Of a stretch of DNA of 64,000 nt, positions 38,741 to 49,600 are shown piece after piece (positions within the stretch are counted from its first letter, which is position 1; the number at the start of each line of letters is the position of its first letter). The stretch lies in IMG/VR virus record IMGVR_UViG_3300020472_000021, positions 3,145-67,144 of that record; one strand, given 5' to 3'. Origin of the DNA: a virus (taxonomy: Duplodnaviria; Caudoviricetes). The notes under the pieces are model-generated. The model saw only the letters and a list, made by a program, of their open reading frames with translations, had not been told where the DNA came from and made no database searches. Position numbers and translations under genes: made by a program.

Positions 38741-40558
38741 TTAGAACTCAATTACTAGTTTAATATCTTCAATCTGGTCAGGAGCACGAGTAATTAGTCT
38801 TCTGTTCTCGATGTAGATTACATCACCAGAGTTGTTTGCAATCTCAGGATTAGCAAGACCACTGGAGAATGTAGAACCTAATAGAGAGTTACTATAACCA
38901 GTATCAACGTTACCACTAGCAGCAGATAAACCACCAGTAACAGCGTTAGAACCGTTACTCTCGAATGCTTCTACAACACCATTTGTAGTGTGAGTATCGT
39001 TAACTTGGATGTACTTAAGAACACCAGTTGTTGTTTGACCTTGATCTAATGTCCAAGAAACAACAGTACCCTTAGCAGTACCACCTGCTGCTGTTGATTG
39101 AGTAATTTCTTCATCAGGAACGAAATCAGCAGTCGCACCTGTAATCTTAACTGCTTTCAATCCACTCAATGTATCAGCAGTGGAGAAAGTTGTAGTTCCG
39201 AAGTTAAATGGATCCTTAATAATACCAATTCTACGGAAGTCGTTATCTACTGGGAAGTCTCCAGAACCTTCAGCGTAAGTTAGACGAATGTTCGTCATAA
39301 CTCTCTTACCATTAAGTTCTGTCTCAAAATCTGATCCGTGACCACCTTGTGAAGGAAGAATTACTTCTATTTCACCTTTAGCACCTGCACCAGTTGCTAC
39401 AGCACTAGAAAGTCCAGCATTACTGTATAGGTTACCATTTCCTAATAGTACGTTGCCATAAGTATAACCTGATCCACGTGCTTCGATCTCAGCAGATGTA
39501 ATAGTTCCAGAACCGTCTGTGGCGAATTTAACCTTACCACCTGTTCCGTCACCTTTAATACTTGTGTATAGAGTCTGTGAAGCAGGAAGACCTGATCCAG
39601 CATTCTCAATGATTGCAACATCAATAGCACCAGCGACTGCTAGAGCCTCAGTTGCTTGACGAGTTGCGTTTGTAGAAAGCACAACAGGAATGAAGTCAGA
39701 AGATAAGAACTTCAGAACATCATCAGTTGGAATGGTGAACATATACTTCCAAATATATCCAGCACCAGTAGTCTCTGTATAAAGACCTGTTGCGGAAGCA
39801 TAGTTAGCACCAGATGTGCTTGGTTCCTCAGTAGCGTTTTGTCCAGTAGCATTACCAGGTGCCTCTCCATTATAGAGACACTTGAACACTTCATATGAGG
39901 AGTTCATTACATAAAACTTTGCGGTAGAGATGCTATCTTGTCCTGTAGCAGTCTGCTTACCTATTTGACCACCGCCACCTGGAGTAGCAGAATAGTCGGG
40001 TTTCCAACTGTCAAACTTAGGGTTAGCAACTAAGTCCCAGTTGTAACGACGAATTACTGTACGAGCATAAGCACCAGTAACACGCTTGGCTGCGATAATC
40101 TCATCATAAAGATTAACTTTCTCTGTTGCGTTGTCGAGTGGTAGAGGTGGCACATCCTCTGTTGCATAACGATAAACGCCAGATACTGCTTCTGCACCAG
40201 TGTCAGATCCACCTGATCCACCAGTTCTACCCTTAAGAGTAGATCCTAGAGTAGGAACAGAGTTAACACCGTTACTTCCAAAAACGTCGGTAAGAAGTAA
40301 TGCATTGTCATACACTGCGGCTATTGTCGCACGAAACGCCGTGCTTCCGTAAGTACCGACATACACTTCTTGTCCTACTACAAAGGCAGTAGCATTCTGA
40401 GAGTGAACTTCAAGATTTGCTTTCCACGGTTGTGGTCTACCCACAAAGAAATACATCCTAGAACGTTCTGCGCTTGTGTCCGTTGCGCCCTCAGTTAGAG
40501 ATTCAAGGAATTGTTTCGCATTGAAAATCCTAAATTTATCAGATATAATAGCAGCCAT
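38741..40558 (-). CDS. gp8: baseplate wedge subunit
   Basis: MAAIISDKFRIFNA, YFFVGRPQPW, FYVMNSSYEVFKCLYN, GYIWKYMFTI, FRRIGIIKDP, IYIENR..ITRAPDQIEDIKLVIEF. Confidence 0.88.
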   Translation of the reverse strand: MAAIISDKFRIFNAKQFLESLTEGATDTSAERSRMYFFVGRPQPWKANLEVHSQNATAFVVGQEVYVGTYGSTAFRATIAAVYDNALLLTDVFGSNGVNSVPTLGSTLKGRTGGSGGSDTGAEAVSGVYRYATEDVPPLPLDNATEKVNLYDEIIAAKRVTGAYARTVIRRYNWDLVANPKFDSWKPDYSATPGGGGQIGKQTATGQDSISTAKFYVMNSSYEVFKCLYNGEAPGNATGQNATEEPSTSGANYASATGLYTETTGAGYIWKYMFTIPTDDVLKFLSSDFIPVVLSTNATRQATEALAVAGAIDVAIIENAGSGLPASQTLYTSIKGDGTGGKVKFATDGSGTITSAEIEARGSGYTYGNVLLGNGNLYSNAGLSSAVATGAGAKGEIEVILPSQGGHGSDFETELNGKRVMTNIRLTYAEGSGDFPVDNDFRRIGIIKDPFNFGTTTFSTADTLSGLKAVKITGATADFVPDEEITQSTAAGGTAKGTVVSWTLDQGQTTTGVLKYIQVNDTHTTNGVVEAFESNGSNAVTGGLSAASGNVDTGYSNSLLGSTFSSGLANPEIANNSGDVIYIENRRLITRAPDQIEDIKLVIEF

Positions 40559-40588
40559 TTAATTTACCGACGTGTTTTGTGCCAAAGT

Positions 40589-40602
40589 TATTTATATTTA
40601 TA
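40589..40602 (-). promoter_or_regulatory. two overlapping perfect late promoters TATAAATATAAATA
   Basis: Exact T4 late consensus twice, upstream of gp8. Confidence 0.8.
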
Positions 40603-40606
40603 CGAG

Positions 40607-43600
40607 TTATGAAGGGTTATACGGAACCAACTCCTGCCCATTAGCAATGCTATTAGGTCCAGAGTAGAGTGTGCATCCTTCAAAAGTTGATGAAGTTTTA
40701 CTGGTGTACTGTATAACTGTTCCACCAGACGTAAATATGTAGCCATCAGATGGCCAATGAGTTGTGTCTTGTACGACAATATTACCTCCAATAGTTCCTG
40801 TGGAACTACTGATGGCCACTGGGTTCTGGGTAGATGGTCTACCAAGCATGAAGTAGTCACCTGAAAGCGTATAATTAGACAGTGGTCTTTCGATGAAATC
40901 TTTAATTGTCATAGAAGCAAAGATCCTATCAATCTCACCAATAGTAAGAGCAGAAACTCCAGACGCTCCAACATCAGTAGAAGATTGGTCATACATTCCT
41001 ATAGTAGAACCGATATTACCAATAATATAATCACCAATCAGTAGAACTTCTCTACCAAATACTTGGTTAACAACTTCAATTATAGTAGTATCTCTCTTAG
41101 TAACAGTATATGGTTCAGTAAGAACAACAAAATTACCATTTCTCTGTTCAACAGGATCGCTAAGGAAAGCAACCTCTAGATACTGATCAACAATACCAGT
41201 CTCAGGTGGTTTTACTACAACTTCAGTCTTACTATTAGATAGAGTATTAATTGGAGTCTGTATTTGACGCTCATACTCACTTTCTGTTACTGCACCAACA
41301 GAAGCATTTACTATTGATACATCAGATACTTCAGATTCAATCCTAACAATACCAACAGATGCGACAGAGATAAGTTCTGGAACTTGACGTAAATAAGTAT
41401 TCGCAGCATGGAACTGATCAGAAGTTCCATATAAACCACGATCAACAGCAAGGAATCTATCAGATAACTTCCTCCAATAACGAACACGTTCATTACCTAT
41501 TAATAAATGTCCATTAGAATTAAACTTGGAAGTATCTGGGATGTATATAATACTATCGCCAATATTAGTATCAACGTTAGTATATGCAGCATCCTCAAAG
41601 TAATTGATATTAGTTAATGCAGTATTGCGGATCTCATGAGTTAAAGTAGAAACTATATGTTTCTGAACTTTAGTAACAGAATTAAGAGATACAATATCTT
41701 GAAGTTCTGCACTTAGAACAGTTGCTTCGTATGAATTCTCTAATGCTCCACCTTTTCCTACAATCTCTACAGGTTCTGGTTCAATAAAGACAATTTTAGA
41801 TCCACCTGGTTGTTCAATTCCAGATGGCATATCAAATCCAGATTCACCTTCTGCAATATTATCAGTATCAATCTGAATCTCTGCTGTTATCTTCTTAGTA
41901 ACATCATGAGGACTGTTGAATAATGTACTTGTAAAAGTATCAACACCCTGAACCTGAGTACCAAGAATAGTAATCCTAGATGAAGAAACAGCACCTTGTC
42001 CTATTTCAACTTGAGGAACCATCTCAGCATTAATAAGAGATACACCAATATCTCTTTCAGTTAAGATATCAAATCTTCTAGCAACTACGATAATAGGTGC
42101 TTTAGTATATCCAGAACCACCATCAAGTAGATCAACACTAAGTACTTGACCTTTACTTACAATAACTTCTGCTTTTGCACCACCACCAGTACCATCTTCA
42201 GGAATGAATTCTAGAACAGGAGGTGTAAAGTATTGATATGCAGTAGGTTGAGTTAATGGATCATAACTACGACGGTTCCATGTTAAGGCAGTAACCTCAC
42301 CACCACTAACAGTTGCAACAACACTAAGACCTTCACCTCTAGTAACACCATTAAAACCTTCTACAGAAATGTTACTATAAACATCATCTGTTAGTTGTTC
42401 TCCACCTCTACCATCTTTACTTGTAGTACTCTCAGGTACTTTCTTAATTCTTCTAAACTTATCTTCACCTTCTACTCTTACAAGATCTCCATTGGCCAAA
42501 TAAGCAAATGGATTTCTATATGTTGTACCTAATGTTGTACCATACCAAATAGAATTATCACTGTATAGTTGTTTTCTTCCAGTAGAATCTAATGGGAATG
42601 TTAGAGTAGGATTAGTAAATTGAGACTCTGGGAATGTATATGTCTTAGTATAATCTGTCTTAGTAGCAAAGACTAAATCTAATCCTGCTTCAACAGCAGC
42701 ATTCTGTGATTTAATACTAAAGGATAATGTAGTTGAAGTCTTATATGCACTACTTACTTCACCAATAATATTATAGGTTCCATTTGCTCTTACTTGCCAA
42801 CAATGTATTCCAGTACCTATCTTTTCACCCATCCATTGATATGTGAGGAAAGGATCTACCCAAGCAGAACTAGTTTCTAGTACAAATGTACCAACGGCAA
42901 AGTAAGTATCAGGAGAAAAGTCATATATGTTTAAAGTCTGACCTGCGTCTCTACCATAGAGATAACGCATATCAACCTTCATCTTCTTATTAATAGGAAC
43001 ATTAAAGAAGATATTTGGTCCTGCAATTGTATAACTATACCCTTCTCTTTGAAGAACTCCGTCTAAGAAGACATACAGATAATCTTTCTGTTCAACAGTT
43101 TGTGAAGTGCTATCTTCTACATCAAGAATTAAGAATGGACCAGACTTTACATTGTCTACTAAATCGTAGTCGATTGTAAGACGCTTGTAATTACCAACTC
43201 CAATACCTACTACTTTCTCAACTGCTGTTGCTTCACCTAAATTCTTAGCACCAAGATCTTGATCCCAAATAGGAGCAACACTAAACTTCAATACGTTAGG
43301 TACAGTAGTTCTATCAATAAAGTATGAATCGGGTGATATACCAGAACTATATTTTGGTGTTTGTAATACTGCGTTAATAGTTAAGAAGAAATCTTCATCA
43401 ACATTAGTATCTACAGCAGTACCATCTTCCCAATATAATTCAAAGTCTGTATTCTCTCCATCAACGTAATCTGGATTACTTCTAGTAACAGATCTTGCAC
43501 TTATTATATCTTGGAAACTATCGTATAAAGAATCTACAGCAGAAACTACATTGTCACAATCCTTAGCAATTAACTGAGGATCTTGAATAATATTATGATT

Positions 43601-46600
43601 TGCATAAGTTGTTGTGCTTGACCAATTACCAGTCTTATTAACATTAATAGATGTTGGTATAACTAAACCTTCTCCTTCTGTAAGAACTGTCTTAGTAATA
43701 GAACCAAATGTATCTAAGGCAGCTGCTACTTCAGCACATGCAGGTGCTAACTTATCAACTGTAATAGTATTATCTGGATTTGGATCTACTGTTGAATAAA
43801 CTTTTGGTTGCAATGAGTTTCTCATAGCAAGAGTCATATACTCAGATGCTTTAACAAACATCGAAGACATATCTCTTTTCCACTCATCTAATAAAGTATT
43901 AAATCCTACAGATGGATTACCTGTTATAGTTGTTGGTAGATTTTTAAAATCTAATCTCTTGTAAATCTCAGCAACTCTCTCGTTACCACCAAGACGTAAA
44001 TGATATATTACAGATTCGATATAATACTGTACATATGGATGGTAAGTAGTTGGGTTAGTTTGATAATCACTAATACTAGCAATAATTGCTTGTGTTGCTT
44101 CTTCTACAATATGCTGTTTATTCCTTTCAATTAAATATGCAGCATCATAGAATATACCATCTGTCCTACCAGTAAGATGGAATATAATTTCAGGTGATCC
44201 ACCAGGATCTTCACCTATTACAACAGTATCACCTAAAGAAACAGTATAGGTATCATTAAGAATAACTTGTCCTACACCAGATAGATTAACATCACCACTA
44301 GTAGTTCCAGTTAAACTGTTTGGAGATGTATTACTAGATGCAGTAGAATTACCAAGTATAGTTTTATCAACAGTTATTTGAGTTAAACTGTCTATAGAAG
44401 CAATTCTAGTATTTGTTTGGAATGCTCTACCAGATGTCAAATACATTCCAACTGTTAAGTTGTTAGTATCTGTTACTGTGACAGTTGTAGTATTGGTACT
44501 ATATGTCGCATTAGTCTCAATGTAGTCCCAATTCCTAATAGCAAGTCTCGCTAAGTTAGTAGCATATTTGAATATCTTAAAGGACTCATCTTTGTTATCT
44601 TTAATATAAGGAGTATCAGCAAATATAGTTGAATAGTCAACAGTTTTAACATTACCACCAAATCTTAAATCATGTTCATATGCATCAACAATAAATCCTA
44701 TATCCTTGATATAATCATCAGTCTTAGTAGCCCAATCTAATGATGGGTAAGTTGCTTTACCATATCCAACTGATTCAGATGTAATAAACTCTTTATTTCT
44801 TGCAAGTTGATTTGCAGAGTCTAACCATCTTCCACTACGTTGGAAAATATTTTTAACCTTCTTAAGATATCTTGTATTATAAGCAGCACCTGGTGCTTTC
44901 CAATAAAATACCTTACCATAGAAAGTAACACCACTATAAACAGCACCAGCTTTTACGCCTGGTCCTAATGGTGGTTGTGTAAAGGTAATATTATCACCTG
45001 ATACCGTGTATGCTACTTTTGGTTCCTGTAGAATACCATCAAGTGTTATAATAAGAGATTCTTCTTTAACTGGAGTGAATGGAACTCCGTTCTCATCCAG
45101 GACTTGGAATGTCTTTGTACCAACTAACTGACCATCACTATTATATGTTCCATCAAATGCACCATTGAGTTTAAATTCAAATGCACGAGTTTCATTGAAG
45201 TTAAAGTCAGATGTAGCAACAGATCCAATACCTCTACGAATTCTCTGACTCTCAACATTCTGAATAGTTTGAGTAACTACTCTTGAAGTATTTTCGACAG
45301 TAATCTTATTCTTTTCTGGATCCCAAAGTTGAATAATACTAAAATGATCTGCCTTAGCAACATCAGATGGCATTTTTGTACTAGCATCACTCTCTACATC
45401 AACCTGACCAAAGAGTTTAAATCCAGCAGGGTGTGTAGTAGACTTGATTAAGTCTCTCCATTGCTCTATAGAGGTCTTAGACTTAATAACATACGAATAA
45501 TCTTGGTAGAAGTTGCTATCAATCAGTTTCTGATTAGATACACCTAACTTACCTTTATCAGATTTAGAGAATCCTTGATTGTCAAAGAAACTACTAATCT
45601 CTTCAGTGAAGGTAGTAACAAATACAGCAGTAACAACACCACTAGATGTTGATGATAATCCAGTAATAGAAACATCTTCCCTCAAGATCCCAGTCAGGGA
45701 CTGGAGTTTCAGGAGGTTAGATCCTAGTCTCCACTCATAAACCTTTGCTCTTGCAATTTCTGTATTACCAATCTTTTGTACTACAGTTTCGCCCTTTTGG
45801 AAATTTCCATTAATATCTTTTAATGATACTGTATATGGAGAACTAAAAGTAGAAGAAATAGACTTATCTAAATGGAAAGCACTTCCATTATTAGTAAATC
45901 TAACACTTTGAGGTATGCCTATTGTACTACTATTAACATATGCTTTAACATCTCCTTCCACTATCTCTATTTGTGGTGCAGATTCATATCCTTCACCAGG
46001 AGAAGTTACATTTATCTGATAAATTTCTCCTACCCTAGAAATAACTTCAAATGAAGCATTTCTTCTTGTTACTGGATCATTAACAATTATAACTTTAGGG
46101 TTAACATAATTAGAACCCTTATTAGTAATATTAACACCAGTTACAACTTTAGTTGCAACATCAAATAAAACTGTGGCCTTTGCTTGATAATCAGATCTAG
46201 GTTCTACACCTACAATTACAGGAACCTTAGTATAATTAGATCCTAAATTAACAACTTTAAAATCGTTAATCTTACCAGTTGCAAACTGACCTGTAGTTGT
46301 ATATGTTATTGTTCCTGACCCGTCCCAGAGAGGAGGATCGCCAACCAAATCATATACAAAGCGATTGCTAGTAACATAATTGATAACCTTTGTACCTTGT
46401 AACGGATCAGTAATGATTTTTAATTTTCCATCACCACTATTGACAATATTGTTATTATCAAAGTAATAGAAATTAGTAAAATCAGTTCCTACCTTAGTTG
46501 TGTAAGTATTAGTCTTTAATCTTGATCCAAATCCAAACTTAACATCTGTATATGCACCATCATTACCAGGTAATGTTGTTGATGCTGATTTCTCTACAGT

Positions 46601-49600
46601 TATTAAGTTATAATTCTTACTAGGACTGAGATCAAAGTAAGTCCCACTGAGACTACTATGAGACGTATCGAACTTATACTTATAAAATTCTTGTATATGT
46701 AATTCTGGGTTTGGTACAAATGTACTATTATCCTCTGAGAATTCAAATTTATACTCTATAGAAGAGAACTGACTGACAGAAACCAATCTCTTAGGATTAC
46801 TAGAATCAAAGAATGTAGTACTTACATCTACAGAACTAGCAGTTGTTTTCTCTATACCATAATCAAATACAACAGTTGCTTTCTGTGTTGTGCTATCATA
46901 TGACTTAATATAACCAGAACCAGCAATAGATCCTATCTGGAAATTGTTAGTAAAATTATATTGTGCTTTATGTAAAGCAATTTCCTTGTTATCGTAGTGG
47001 TCAACAGCAGTTGTACCTTCTTGACCTCTAATAACAGATAAAGTATTACTATTAATAGCAGTAACTTTAATTACTTCATTTCCTATCAATAGAAGATCAT
47101 CTACAGCAAATCCTGTAGCATCATCAACTGTAACAGCAGTATTACCAAATGCAAAACCTGCATGGTCAACGAAAATAGTCAATCTTGATGTACTTAAAGA
47201 TCCACCAGACCTTACAAGACTTTCATCAGCAACTCCTAATTGATCACCGAACTTATATCCACTTCCAGCATTCTGTATTGTAACATTTGATACAACACCA
47301 GCAGCAGATACAGTAATAGAGGCAGTAGCACCTGTACCACTACCACTAGTTAATGGAATATTAGTATATGAATTTTCTGTATAATCTGCACCACCATTTA
47401 AGATAGTAAATCTACCAATACCACTGTCATTGATCTTTGTTTTTTTAGATGGTGTTGTGAAAGTAACTTCTTGATATAAACGTTTTCTTAAATACCAAGT
47501 TTTAGTTTTAATCGAATCATCTGGATTAATATCAATATCTACCTTATCACCAATACCCAATCCATGTTCAGATGTTGTTTCAATAAGAGCAACACTTTGA
47601 TTAACAATAAAAGGTTCTAAGTTATCACTTAATGATGTAAGTGTTATTATCTTAGATCCTGAAGTATTGAATAGATCACTTGATTGTATATAATAATTAT
47701 CATCAATAATCCATGTCCCTGACAGAACTTTGATCTTAAGTACGTTCTGACTTGATGTACCTTCTAGTACTTGAGCAGTAGCTATAGGAGTATTAACACC
47801 ATCAGTAAGGCTTAAAGTAGCACCTTCAGAGTAAGAACTGTTCTGATCAACTAAAATACTGAAAGTCTTAATGTCTGCGGAGAATGTTCCTGTATTATCA
47901 AACGTTCCTTGTACGTTTTTCAACACAATATCATTATCACTTGCAACTGTACCTACTATTTCACCATAAGCACTTGAAGATGGTTGCCTTAATGTATCAT
48001 TAGCAAACAAATATGCAGTCTGAATTGTTGTTAATTTAACTACCTTATTTTCTTTTGATTGTAGATAACTAACTGTTTCACCTTTAACAGACTTAACTCT
48101 TGCTTCTGCTTCTGAACCATCTGTTCCTACTTCATCAAAATAAACTTTTGAATTAACAGAGAAATTACTAGATGAACTTTCTATAGAAACATTATCAATA
48201 GAACCAGGAGTAATGTCAGAGATACTAGCAATTACACCTTCACCATTTATAGGTGTAGCATCAACATAAAATCTTTTAGCATTCTTAGGAAGATCATTCT
48301 GATTAATCTTAGAATTATAGTTACTGTCTACAGGTAATGAATAGAAATTGTCTCCTAAGACATAAGGGAACTGTGGTACTTGACTACTATTAATAGTTAA
48401 GAAATAAGCATACGTTCCTTTTGGAAAATCTGGAGTGATACAGAATCTACCATTATTCTGATCTAATGTTCCTGACTTATGATTGTAAGTATAATCATTA
48501 TTAAATGTCCCTAGAGGATAGGTTACCTTAGAAGGACCATCTATACGATCACCATTAAGAGAATAACTAGATGTCATTCTGATTATTGATGATGTTGCAT
48601 CTAGTGGGTCTTCATAACCAAAAGCACCATATATGGGGTTACCATCATAAGCAAAACCTATGATAGGTGAGTGTGTCTTAGTTGATGGTTCACTACCAGT
48701 ATTACTTAAATTATCATTGAGAGAAACTCGAAGTGCTTTCGGGTTTGCTACATGTGCATATCCGTAGAAAAGATTATTGTCAAAGTTCTCAAACAGATAA
48801 CCATACTCGGTATCTAAATTATTTTTAACCTTTTCAAATCTATTATAGTTCCATTCTTTAAGTAGTGGAATTCCTGTAGCATTCTCCCCAACAGGGATAA
48901 TATCTACATTTACATTCTCTTGTGTATAGAAGTTACCACCATCTACCTTTTCAAATTCTTTGAGTTTACCATCAGTATCAAGGACTGCATTAAATTCAGC
49001 AAATCTACCTTTACCTGCATTGTCACGAATTCTTACGATTGGTGGAGAACTGTAAAACTCTCCTTTGTTAGCAATTGTAAGGCTTGTAACCTTACCTTGT
49101 GTTATTACAGCATTTACTACACCATTCCTACCAGATGTAATAACAATATCTGGCGTTCTTGGAAATATATCAGTAGTATCAACTACAATACTCTCTACAA
49201 CTTCTCCTGATAATATTGCTCGTGCTTTGCTTGCAACACCATCTACAAGAACAAAGGGCGGTTTAACGTACCCTCTTCCTTGTACACTAACATTAATACT
49301 TTCTAGTTTACCGAACCTTATACTTTCTGTATCCTTGTAACCGTAGACAGGGACACCGTTTAGAAGGATACCAACATCTCTCTTAGGAGTCTTATATACT
49401 TCTGTAGTTCTTGTTGCTTGTTTTCTTATAAGACGAAGTAATCGTTGATCCTTTACAGTTTGAGTAACAGTAGATCCATCTAATATATCATATGATGGAT
49501 AACTTGAACTAGTAATATAATAATACTGATCGTCTTCGTGTATAGAAGAGACATTAGTCTGAACTTGGTCTAATGCAGTTTCTACAGCAGATTGTGTAGA

